Below are positions 50,342 to 59,294 of a stretch of DNA of 64,000 nucleotides, in pieces; position 1 is the stretch's first letter; each line of letters begins with the position of its first letter. The stretch comes from an uncultured Acidobacteriota bacterium. Lineage in GTDB: Bacteria; Acidobacteriota; Thermoanaerobaculia; Multivoradales; JAHEKO01. The translations under genes were made by a program, and so were the position numbers. Below the pieces are notes generated by a model. It searched no databases and was not told the DNA's origin. It saw only the letters and a list, made by a program, of their open reading frames with translations. The stretch spans positions 1,504,001 to 1,568,000 of the forward strand of contig CAVQNG010000003.1 in the NCBI GenBank assembly GCA_963713825.1. The letters are read 5' to 3'.

Positions 50342-51775
50342 TGCTTTCTTGCGCTCTCCGCGCGCCAAGGTGACCTTGAGCACGGGTGGAGTCATCAGGG
50401 TGGTGACGATGACCATGATGACCACCGCAGAAAAGATGGCCGACGAGATGACTGGTCGGCCGTGAAGCACGAGGCTGGCGCCGATACCCGCGAAGATGAG
50501 ACCGACTTCGCCTCGCGGCACCATGCCGACAGCCACCGAGATTCGATCGAGCCCTTTTTCCAAGACACCGAAGGCGCAAACCATCTTGCCGATGATGGCC
50601 GCGACCGAGAGCAGCGCGGCAAAGCCCAGAACGCCCTTCTCACCAAAGGTCGAGAGATCGACCTTGATTCCCATCAAGACGAAGAAGACCGGAACCAGGA
50701 AGGTTGTGATGGGATGGATGAGCTCCTCCAATTGGTGTTCACCGCGGTTGAGAAAGTCCTGGAAGTGCGCATCTTCGAGGATTAGGCCTGCCGCGAACGC
50801 GCCGACGATCGGAGCCAGCTCGATGACATTGGCCAGGTAGGCAAGAAGAAAGCAGAAGGAGAGTGAAATCGTCAGCAGGAGGCCGCGAATCTGGAGCCGA
50901 CTGAAGACTCTGAAGAGTCGAGGCGAGAGCCAGCCTCCAAGGAGGATGGCTCCGACGAGAAACCCGGCCGCCTTGAGAACGATCAGCAGTACGTCCATGC
51001 TGGCCAGGGTGCCGCCAGTGTTCGCGGCGCTAATGACGCCGGAGACGACGGCCAGAATTACCAATCCGAGAACGTCGTCGATGACCGCCGCGCCGAGAAT
51101 GATCTTCGACTCGCGGGTCGTCACCTTGCCGAGATCGGTCAGGACCCTGGCGGTGATTCCGACGCTGGTGGCGCAGAGGGTGGCGCCAATAAAGAGATGC
51201 ACTAGAAGTTCTTCCTGGGGCAGAAACCAAGCCGACACTCCCCAGCCCAGAAAAAAGGGAGCCACGACACCGAGGATGGCAACGAGGAGGCTGGAAGCAC
51301 CGACAGAGAGCATTTCGCCGATATTGGATTCGAGTCCAACCTCGAAGAGCAGCAGGATGACGCCAATCTCAGCCAGAATAGCGATGCCCTCATTGGTGCC
51401 CAGAAATTCGAAACTCGTCACTCCGAGCAGAGCGAGGTTCCCGATCACGACACCGGCCACCAGCTCGCCCAGAACTGCCGGTTGATGGAATCGTTCAGCC
51501 AGCTCACCACCGATCTTGGCGGCGACGAGGATGATCACCAGCCCGAGGAGTACTGGAGTGACGGGGCTCGCATGACCGGCATGGGAGCCTTCGTCTGAGG
51601 AACCGTGAAAGGCCTGGTCGTCTCCCGCGCTGCGGCTCTCGGCCTCGTGGCTCTCCGCAGCGGCCGTCTCGTCCTTTTCAGCCTCCTGACTGCCAGTCGC
51701 CCAGAGCCCAGTGACTGGCCCGAGAAGGACACTAAGGATTGCGATGAGTAGACCCGCTGGAATTAGACGTCGCAT
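50336..51775 (-). CDS. Cation:proton antiporter (CPA2)
   Basis: QPAVLGELVAG, EIGVILLLFEVGLE, ATSVGIT, AAVIDDV, IVGAFAAG, GMVPRGEVGL. Confidence 0.93.
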   Translation of the reverse strand: MRRLIPAGLLIAILSVLLGPVTGLWATGSQEAEKDETAAAESHEAESRSAGDDQAFHGSSDEGSHAGHASPVTPVLLGLVIILVAAKIGGELAERFHQPAVLGELVAGVVIGNLALLGVTSFEFLGTNEGIAILAEIGVILLLFEVGLESNIGEMLSVGASSLLVAILGVVAPFFLGWGVSAWFLPQEELLVHLFIGATLCATSVGITARVLTDLGKVTTRESKIILGAAVIDDVLGLVILAVVSGVISAANTGGTLASMDVLLIVLKAAGFLVGAILLGGWLSPRLFRVFSRLQIRGLLLTISLSFCFLLAYLANVIELAPIVGAFAAGLILEDAHFQDFLNRGEHQLEELIHPITTFLVPVFFVLMGIKVDLSTFGEKGVLGFAALLSVAAIIGKMVCAFGVLEKGLDRISVAVGMVPRGEVGLIFAGIGASLVLHGRPVISSAIFSAVVIMVIVTTLMTPPVLKVTLARGERKKAG

Positions 51776-51858
51776 CGGCTTCTCCTATTGGTCGGGATCT
51801 GCGAAACGGGACTCATCCTACCACTCGGGAATGAGCCTTTCGGGCTGGCGCTGCGGTC

Positions 51859-54800
51859 ATGCCATGGCTGTTCCCGAGAAGGATAGACTCAGCTGTGGTG
51901 GTGCTGAAAGAGACCCTGCCTGATCTATCCAGACGGCTCCGCGACAGTGTGGAGTACCGCAAAGTCGAGCAAGACCTCGGCTCGGTGGAGCGCCTGCCGC
52001 TGCCGGCCGCCGCCTGGGTTGTTGAACTGCTGAGCCAGGATCTGGAGCGGTCCATGTTGGTCGTCGTGCCGCATGAATCGGAGGCCCTGGCCTGGGCTGA
52101 ATCCAGCGAACTGTTCGGTGGCTCCGCAGCCTACTTCTCGACCCCGTCCCTGACGCCCTACCACGCAACCGAGGCTTCGTTGCAGGTCAGAGCTCTGGAA
52201 TCGGTAGCGCTTTGGCGGTCGCTGAGCGGCGCGGCTCGAGTTCTGGTCTGTACCCCGAGGGCTCTCTTCCGCCGACTCCCAACCAAGCAGGCTTTCCTAT
52301 CAGCCGTCCTCGAGATCGAGGCGGGTGAAGAGCAGTCCGTGGAGCAGCTGGCGGCGCATCTCACGCGCTACGGCTATCACCGCACGGACCTGGTCAACGA
52401 AGTCGGCGAATTCGCTGTGCGAGGGGGCGTTTTCGATCTCTACTCTCCCGGTGAAGAAACCCCGGTTCGCCTCGATCTCTTCGGCGACACGATCGAGTCA
52501 TTGCGCCGTTTCTCGGCCGAGGATCAGCGCTCGTCCGAGCCGCTTCCGAGCACGGTCATCTTGCCACTATCGTTGTTTCCGGTCGATGACGGGGTGGCTG
52601 AAGGCTTGGCTGAGGCGTTGGTGGAAATGGTCGGGAGAGAAGCGAGCTACGACGTTGTCGAGAAGGTCGAGGCTTTGCGGGAGAGCCGCGGCTTCGCGGG
52701 CTGGAAGAACTACCTGCCGCTGGTTGCCCCAGAGACCCAGGCGCTGTCCGATTGGCTCGATCGACCGCTTGTCGCCACCTATTCACCTCAGGATTCCCGC
52801 TCCGAGATCGAGCGCTACAGCCTGCGATTGCAGGCTGATTTCGAGGCTCGTGTCGAGCACCAGGAATTGGCTGTCGAGCCTGCCCTTTTGGAGCAATCAC
52901 CTGGGTTCGTTGAAGGCATACTGGACAGTTGTGAGCTCCGATTCGAGGACGATACGTCTGGCCCCCGGGCCCATGTGGTCGATTTCAAGGGCAGCACAAC
53001 GGACCTGTTTCACGGTCAGCTGCCCCGCTTCCCCAGAGAGGTCGAGACCGCCAGGGAGCGGGGCGAGCGCCTGCTGGTGGTGAGTCCTCAGGAGCATTGG
53101 CCGCGCCTGGAGCAATGGTGCCAGACGATCGGCATTCCTCTTGGAGCAGGCGGAGTGGAGCTGGTCGAGGGAGAGCTTCGAAGGGGATTTCGCCTACCAG
53201 CAGCAGCTGTAGTGGCCTTCGGAGAGCATCAGCTCTTTCCGCGCGTGGTATCCGACAGGGCGCGCCGCAAGAGACGCTTTGGTCCTTTTGTCTCCAGTTT
53301 GCGGGACCTGCGCATCGGCGATCATGTAGTGCACCAGGATCACGGCATTGGGCAGTTCGTAGCTTTGCGCACGGTGGGCACGGAAGAGCAGGACCTCGAC
53401 CATTTGCCGCCAGCCCTGGTGCCTCTTTTGGCTGGTGAGCAGTCCCTGGCGTCGGAGGTCATGGAGATCGCCTACGAGAGTGGCCGCCGGCTGTTGCTAC
53501 CGTTGAGCCGCCTGGACCAGATTCAGCGCTTTAGCGGCATCGAGGGCATGCCACCTCGCCTCGATCAGTTGGGTGGCACCTCGTGGACCCGCACCAAGGA
53601 TCGTGTCCGCCGAGGCATGCAGCGCCTGGCGGGTGATCTGGTGAAGCTCTACGCTGAACGCCAACTCGCCAAGGCGCCGGCGCTTCCTGGCTCGAGCGAT
53701 CTGATGTCCCAGTTCGAAGCGGCTTTCGAGTTCGAAGAGACCGAGGACCAGCGAGAGGCTATTGAAGCCATCAGGGAAGACCTGGAGCGGGAGCGCCCCA
53801 TGGACCGCCTGTTGTGTGGCGACGTCGGCTTCGGCAAGACGGAGGTAGCCATGCGAGCTGCCTTCAAGGCGGTCGAGGGTGGCTATCAGGTCGCAGTCCT
53901 GGCGCCTACGACCATTCTGGCTGATCAGCATCTGGAGACCTTTCGCCATAGGTTTGCCGACTATCCGGTGCGCGTAGAGATGTTGTCGCGCCGTCGCTCG
54001 ACTGCGGAGGTCAAAGAGATTCGGCAGGGCCTTGCCAGCGGCGCCGTCGATATCCTGATCGGTACCCATCGCCTTCTGGGTCGGGACGTGAAGCTGCCCA
54101 GGTTGGGCCTGCTCATCGTGGATGAGGAGCAGCGATTCGGGGTGGCTCAAAAGGAGCGGCTGCGGGAGCTGAAGAAGAACGTGCATGTACTCGCCATGTC
54201 TGCGACACCGGTACCCCGCACCCTTCAGCTTTCGCTGGCGGGGGTGCGAGATCTCTCGGTGATCGAGACCCCTCCCCGCGATCGGATGGCGGTCGAGACG
54301 ACCATCATGCCTTTCTCGGCCGAGCTCGTCCGCGAAGCCGTGGAGTTCGAGCTCGAGAGGCGTGGCCAGGTCTACTACGTCTTCAATCGCGTCGAGGGAA
54401 TCGAGCAGTTCGCGGCCTATTTGCGCCAGATTCTGCCGGCAGTGCGGCTGACCATCGGGCATGGCCAGATGGAGGAAAACGAGCTGGCGCGACGAATGCA
54501 CGCCTTCAAGAGAGGAGAGTACGATCTCCTGTTGGCTACGACCATCATCGAGAACGGCATCGACATCCCCAACGTCAACACGATTCTGGTGCATCAGGCC
54601 GAGCGCTTCGGGTTGGCGCAGCTCTACCAGCTCCGTGGTCGTGTCGGCCGCAGCGATCAACTGGCCTATTGCTATCTGCTGGTGCCGGGCGACCGAGTCT
54701 TGAAAGGTGAGGCGCGCAAGCGCCTGCATGCGATCCGCGAGTTTACGGAGCTGGGAGCTGGCTTTCGTGTAGCCGCCAGGGATCTCGAGATTCGGGGTGC

Positions 54801-55341
54801 GGGCAATCTCCTCGGAGCGGAGCAGAGCGGCCACATTGCGGCCGTTGGCATCGAGACCTATCTCAAGATGCTCGAAGAAACAGTACGCGAGCTGCGTGGC
54901 GAGGCGGTCGAGGCGGTCCCCTCCGTGGCCCTGGACCTCCCACTCAACGTCACTATTCCCAGCGAGTACTTGTCGGATGCGAATCTGAGGATGGAGATCT
55001 ACCAGAGAATCGCATCGGGCGAAGTTGAACGAGACGAGCTCCTGGCCGAGCTGCAAGACCGCTTCGGCCCACCTCCACCCCCTGTCTATGGGCTGCTCGA
55101 AGCGACATCACTGAAACGGTTGGCGGAATCCATGCGAGTCCAGTCGATCTCGCATCAGGGACAACGGCTGCAGATTCGCTTCCGCCGGGACTCGGGGGTC
55201 GACGTCGATCGCCTGGTGAGAATGGTCTCCGAGAAGCCGGGCTTGGCCTTCAGCCCCAGTGGGGTTCTCGTTCTCGAGCAGGTCGGAGGAGGCCAGGCAC
55301 TCGAGCGGGCCAGGGGCCTTCTCGAAGAGCTCAGCGTATGA
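51859..55341 (+). CDS. mfd: Transcription-repair coupling factor (start may be slightly downstream)
   Basis: GEFAVRGG, GDHVVHQDHGIG, CGDVGFGKTEVA, DEEQRFGV, SATPVPRTL, QLRGRVGRS, DLEIRGAGNLLG. Confidence 0.97.
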   Translation: MPWLFPRRIDSAVVVLKETLPDLSRRLRDSVEYRKVEQDLGSVERLPLPAAAWVVELLSQDLERSMLVVVPHESEALAWAESSELFGGSAAYFSTPSLTPYHATEASLQVRALESVALWRSLSGAARVLVCTPRALFRRLPTKQAFLSAVLEIEAGEEQSVEQLAAHLTRYGYHRTDLVNEVGEFAVRGGVFDLYSPGEETPVRLDLFGDTIESLRRFSAEDQRSSEPLPSTVILPLSLFPVDDGVAEGLAEALVEMVGREASYDVVEKVEALRESRGFAGWKNYLPLVAPETQALSDWLDRPLVATYSPQDSRSEIERYSLRLQADFEARVEHQELAVEPALLEQSPGFVEGILDSCELRFEDDTSGPRAHVVDFKGSTTDLFHGQLPRFPREVETARERGERLLVVSPQEHWPRLEQWCQTIGIPLGAGGVELVEGELRRGFRLPAAAVVAFGEHQLFPRVVSDRARRKRRFGPFVSSLRDLRIGDHVVHQDHGIGQFVALRTVGTEEQDLDHLPPALVPLLAGEQSLASEVMEIAYESGRRLLLPLSRLDQIQRFSGIEGMPPRLDQLGGTSWTRTKDRVRRGMQRLAGDLVKLYAERQLAKAPALPGSSDLMSQFEAAFEFEETEDQREAIEAIREDLERERPMDRLLCGDVGFGKTEVAMRAAFKAVEGGYQVAVLAPTTILADQHLETFRHRFADYPVRVEMLSRRRSTAEVKEIRQGLASGAVDILIGTHRLLGRDVKLPRLGLLIVDEEQRFGVAQKERLRELKKNVHVLAMSATPVPRTLQLSLAGVRDLSVIETPPRDRMAVETTIMPFSAELVREAVEFELERRGQVYYVFNRVEGIEQFAAYLRQILPAVRLTIGHGQMEENELARRMHAFKRGEYDLLLATTIIENGIDIPNVNTILVHQAERFGLAQLYQLRGRVGRSDQLAYCYLLVPGDRVLKGEARKRLHAIREFTELGAGFRVAARDLEIRGAGNLLGAEQSGHIAAVGIETYLKMLEETVRELRGEAVEAVPSVALDLPLNVTIPSEYLSDANLRMEIYQRIASGEVERDELLAELQDRFGPPPPPVYGLLEATSLKRLAESMRVQSISHQGQRLQIRFRRDSGVDVDRLVRMVSEKPGLAFSPSGVLVLEQVGGGQALERARGLLEELSV

Positions 55342-56159
55342 ATCGAATGCAATCCATTCTGTGGCTCGGGCTGGGGGTTCTGCTGGTCGCGGGAAGCTGC
55401 AGAGAGGCACCTCCGGCGCCTGATGTCGTGGCTGAGGTCGGCGGCCAGGCGGTGCGCTTCGCCGAGTTTCAGGACTATCTCGCCAGCAATGCAGGTGAGC
55501 CAGAGGGCGATCTGGAGGACGAAGTCTCCAGTGCTTTGTTCGATGGATTTCTGGAGGAATGCCTGGTTCTGCGCTGGGCGGTGGACGAAGAGATGGTGCC
55601 ACCCGGGGCTGAAAGACGGGCTGGAGTCGATGCGGTCACGGTCGAACTGGCGGCGGTCGAGATCTCCGACACGGCGGTTGCCTCGTACTATGACGGGCGC
55701 CGCGATTACTTCCATCGGCCGGACAGGGTTCACCTCCAGCAGATCCTGCTCGGGGATCGCGTCGTGGCAGAGGAGGTTCGCGCCGAGTGGGGCGCCGGAA
55801 TGCCGTTCGAGGGCATCGTCGCCCTCTACTCTCAGGAGGGCCTGTTGCTCGGTGCCGACGAGGGGGAGCTGGCGAGAGAAGAGCTGCCGTTGATCTTTGC
55901 GGATGCCATTTTCGACCTGCAACCAGGTCAGGTGAGCAAGGTTTTCGCCGCCGACTATGGATTTCACGTGTTCAAGGTGACCGAACGCCTGCCTCCAGGA
56001 ACTCCGCCGCTGGACCAAGTGGAAGAGGCTGTGCGGCGGGACCTGGTGAAGCGCGAAGTCGCCGCAGGGCTCGGAATGTTGGTGGAGAAGGCCCGACGGC
56101 GCTACAATGTGCGGGTTTTCGAGGGGAACCTACCTTTCGACTATTCGGGTGAGTATTGA
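55338..56159 (+). CDS. Parvulin-like peptidyl-prolyl isomerase/chaperone lipoprotein
   Basis: Lipobox AGSC; AIFDLQPGQVSKVF..DYGFHVFKV. Confidence 0.8.
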   Translation: MNRMQSILWLGLGVLLVAGSCREAPPAPDVVAEVGGQAVRFAEFQDYLASNAGEPEGDLEDEVSSALFDGFLEECLVLRWAVDEEMVPPGAERRAGVDAVTVELAAVEISDTAVASYYDGRRDYFHRPDRVHLQQILLGDRVVAEEVRAEWGAGMPFEGIVALYSQEGLLLGADEGELAREELPLIFADAIFDLQPGQVSKVFAADYGFHVFKVTERLPPGTPPLDQVEEAVRRDLVKREVAAGLGMLVEKARRRYNVRVFEGNLPFDYSGEY

Positions 56160-56163
56160 TTGC

Positions 56164-57315
56164 ATGCAAAGCTGTCTCAAGTACCTAGTGGTTCTGTGTC
56201 TCTTGCTGCCGATGGCCTCTGTCAGCGAGGCTCAGGTCAACGAAATCGTTCTACGCGTCAACGATCGGATCGCGACGACCCATGACTACGAAAGCGAGCG
56301 CATGGAGCGGTTTGCGGCGATTCAGCAGGCCGATAGCCTGACGGAAGAACGGAAGCAGGAACTCCTGGCCACGCTTGGCGAGACCGTGATGAAGGATATC
56401 TTCGAGCAGCTGCTGATGCTGTCCCGGGCCGATCAGTTGAAGATCCAGATCTCCCCGAGCGAGATCGAGGACGCCGTCGAGCGCACGATGCAGAACTTCG
56501 GGATCAAGAACCAGGCAGAATTCCAGGCCGCCCTCCAGTCCTCCGGCATGACGGAGGCGAAACTCCGCGCCAGGTTGGAGAAGACGCTGCTGACTCAGAA
56601 GGTGATGGGGGAGGAGGTCTACTCGCGGGTTTCTCTCGACGAAGAGGACCTGCGGCGTTACTACCAGTCGCATGCTGAAGATTTTCAGGTCCCACAGCGA
56701 CTGAATCTGCAGGAAGTCGTCGTGCTGGAGTCTGGTGGTCTCAATGACGAGGATTTGGCACTTCTGGCGGAAGAGATCCGCCAACAGCTGAGTACCGGGA
56801 GAGATATCGAGGAGGTTATCGCGCCCTACAGCGAGGAGGGTGTTTCGACCGGTGTTGTCGATCTTGGCTGGGTAAAAGTGGGAGATCTGAACCAGGATCT
56901 CGAAGAAGCCGTCTGGGGTCTCGAGACAGGAGGAGTGAGCCCAGCGGTCGAAGCTCGTGGCGGCCTGCACATTCTCGTCGTCGCCGAGCGGGAGGAAGCC
57001 CGGCTGCTCGACTTCCTCGAGGTGCAGGATCAGATCCGTTCGATCGAGCAGGGTCGCCTGATGCAGGACGAAATGGAGAAGTACGTCGCGGAGCTGAAGA
57101 ACAACTCCTATATCGTCGCCAATCCACCCCCTGAGGCGGCGGGCTTCAGGGCCTCCCTGGCGTCATCCCTGCCCAGCGAGTTGGATGCCTTCCGGGATAT
57201 CGAACCGGCTCTCGGCGAGGCGCTGCCGATGCAGATCCCGACTGAGATTCCCGCCGAAAACGAGGACCCACCCGCTTCTGAATCCTCTACGGATCCACCT
57301 CCGGAGGGAGGTTGA
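56164..57315 (+). CDS. SurA-like periplasmic chaperone/PPIase
   Basis: Signal peptide; VNEIVLRVNDRIAT; DLGWV; GGVSPAV...GLHILVV; start ATG 56164. Confidence 0.82.
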   Translation: MQSCLKYLVVLCLLLPMASVSEAQVNEIVLRVNDRIATTHDYESERMERFAAIQQADSLTEERKQELLATLGETVMKDIFEQLLMLSRADQLKIQISPSEIEDAVERTMQNFGIKNQAEFQAALQSSGMTEAKLRARLEKTLLTQKVMGEEVYSRVSLDEEDLRRYYQSHAEDFQVPQRLNLQEVVVLESGGLNDEDLALLAEEIRQQLSTGRDIEEVIAPYSEEGVSTGVVDLGWVKVGDLNQDLEEAVWGLETGGVSPAVEARGGLHILVVAEREEARLLDFLEVQDQIRSIEQGRLMQDEMEKYVAELKNNSYIVANPPPEAAGFRASLASSLPSELDAFRDIEPALGEALPMQIPTEIPAENEDPPASESSTDPPPEGG

Positions 57316-57457
57316 TGAGGCAATTTTCTGCCGGCAATCGCCGTTGGATGAACGCCAGCCGCCTGTCGGACCGAAGCGTCGGTCGATCCCTGTTCCAACC
57401 CTTCGAATAGCCTGATTCACAAGGGTTTTTCGCCCTCTGGTCCAATTCGGATCAGTG

Positions 57458-57483
57458 GTGGACAATAATGGACAAAAGTGGAC
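57458..57483 (+). promoter_or_regulatory. Putative MraZ operator (10-bp phased TGGAC boxes)
   Basis: TGGAC at 57459, 57469 and 57479, just upstream of mraZ. Confidence 0.7.
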
Positions 57484-57531
57484 TGCAGTGCTAGACTGCG
57501 CAGCGATCTATTCCCATAGGTGGACGGGTCT

Positions 57532-57972
57532 ATGTTCCGTGGAAGCGCGCCCACAAAAATCGACGAGAAAGGCCGGCTCAAGGTGCCGACCGGCTTTCGG
57601 CGTCACATGGAGGAGAGGTACGGCAAAGACGTCTTCATCACCTCTGTTCTAGGAGACTCCGTCTTGTTGTACCCGTTGCAGGTATGGGAAGAGATCGAAG
57701 CTCGCTTGGCAGCGCTTCCATCGACCGACAGGGCCAAGCAACGCTACCTGGAAAGAGTCAGTTATTACGGTCAGCAGGGGAAGCTCGATGGTCAGGGCAG
57801 GGTCGTGATTCCTCCGCTGTTGAGGGATAGCGCTGCGATGAGCGGTGAAGTGGTGGTCAGTGCCCGTTTGGATCACCTCGAAGTCTGGAACCGGCAACGA
57901 CTCCAGACCCGCTTCGCCGAGCAACCCTTCGACGAAGAAGATTTCAACTACCTGAGCGAGAAGGGGATCTAG
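57532..57972 (+). CDS. mraZ: Division/cell wall cluster repressor MraZ
   Basis: MFRG...IDEKGRLKVP; LDGQGRVVIP..LR; HLEVW. Confidence 0.95.
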   Translation: MFRGSAPTKIDEKGRLKVPTGFRRHMEERYGKDVFITSVLGDSVLLYPLQVWEEIEARLAALPSTDRAKQRYLERVSYYGQQGKLDGQGRVVIPPLLRDSAAMSGEVVVSARLDHLEVWNRQRLQTRFAEQPFDEEDFNYLSEKGI

Positions 57973-58021
57973 GTGTTCGGATCACCTTGTCGCTCGGCGG
58001 CAGTTCATTGAATCGGCGAAC

Positions 58022-58945
58022 GTGCGGCACATACCCGTTCTGCTAGAGGAGACCACTGCTCTCCTGGCGCCTGAGCGGGGTGGCCTGTTCGTGGACTGCA
58101 CGCTGGGTTTGGGCGGTCATTCAGCAGCTTTGCTGGAGGCCAGCCCGAAGGCCAGCGTCATCGGGATCGATCGCGACCCGGAAGCTCTACGGCTGGCCGA
58201 ATCGCGGCTGCAACCGTTCGCCGAGAGGATGCGTCTGTTGCCTGGGGAGTTTTCTCACCTGGAGCAGCTGCTCGAGGCGGCTCAGGTCGACAGGGTCGAT
58301 GGCATCCTCGCGGACCTTGGTGTGTCCTCGCTCCAGCTCGAAACAGCTGAGCGGGGATTCAGCTTCCGCTTGGAGGGGCCGTTGGATATGCGGATGGGAC
58401 CAGGCGAACTGACCGCCGGCGAGGTGGTCAACAAGTACAGGGAGGCCGACTTGGTGAGGATATTCAGAGACTACGGTGAGGAGAGGCAGGCGCGTCGAAT
58501 CGCGCGAGCTATCGTTGCTCGGCGCGATGAGCAAGCCATCCAGACTACCTCGGACCTTCGGCAGGTGGTGCACAGGGTACTCGGCCGGCCTCCGCGGCAC
58601 AAAAGACGGCGTATCGACCCGGCTACCCGTGTGTTCCAGGCCATTCGCATCGAGGTAAACAAGGAGCTTGCCGGCCTCGAAAGCCTGCTCGACCAGGCGG
58701 TTCGTCTGCTGCGGCGCGACGGACGGCTGGTGGTGATCTCCTACCACAGTCTCGAAGATCGCATCGTCAAGAACAAGCTACGAGATCTGGCCAGAGGTGA
58801 GGTCGACCAGATCACGGGCCGGCCAAGGTCGGAAACCCAAGTCATCGAGGTGCTGACCAAGCGGCCCGTCCGGCCCGGCGAAGTCGAAATAGCTGCCAAC
58901 CCCCGAGCCAGATCGGCCCGGTTGCGGGCTGCCAGGAGGCTATGA
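58022..58945 (+). CDS. rsmH: 16S rRNA C1402 N4-methyltransferase
   Basis: HIPVLL, DCTLGLGGH, DLGVSSLQL, PLDMRM, FQAIRIEVN, SYHSLEDR, NPRARSARLR. Confidence 0.97.
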   Translation: MRHIPVLLEETTALLAPERGGLFVDCTLGLGGHSAALLEASPKASVIGIDRDPEALRLAESRLQPFAERMRLLPGEFSHLEQLLEAAQVDRVDGILADLGVSSLQLETAERGFSFRLEGPLDMRMGPGELTAGEVVNKYREADLVRIFRDYGEERQARRIARAIVARRDEQAIQTTSDLRQVVHRVLGRPPRHKRRRIDPATRVFQAIRIEVNKELAGLESLLDQAVRLLRRDGRLVVISYHSLEDRIVKNKLRDLARGEVDQITGRPRSETQVIEVLTKRPVRPGEVEIAANPRARSARLRAARRL

Positions 58946-58949
58946 CAGC

Positions 58950-59294
58950 TTGAGAAGCGCCTACGTTGTTCGCCGACCGGTCATCAACAGCTATCTGGTC
59001 CGCCAGAAGGACCGCAAGCGCCGCCAGGAGCTGGGACTCGTCCTGGTCATCATTCTGCCCCTGGCGATTGGGCTTCTGGGATACGTCTGGCTGAATCTGG
59101 AGCTGATCGATATCGGCTACCAGGTGCATGACCTCGAGCGCACACTCAAGCAGCAGGAGCAGTACCAGCGCGAGCTGTTCGTGGAGTCGGCCTACCTGTC
59201 CAGTCCAGCGCAGGTTCAGTCGCGGGCCACCCAGGAGCTGGGGATGGTTCCTGCGACCCTCGAAAAGGTCGTCTTCCTCGAGGAGATCCCATGA
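58950..59294 (+). CDS. ftsL: Cell division protein FtsL
   Basis: One TM plus coiled coil; LSSPAQV..RA..ELGM; lies between rsmH and ftsI. Confidence 0.85.
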   Translation: MRSAYVVRRPVINSYLVRQKDRKRRQELGLVLVIILPLAIGLLGYVWLNLELIDIGYQVHDLERTLKQQEQYQRELFVESAYLSSPAQVQSRATQELGMVPATLEKVVFLEEIP

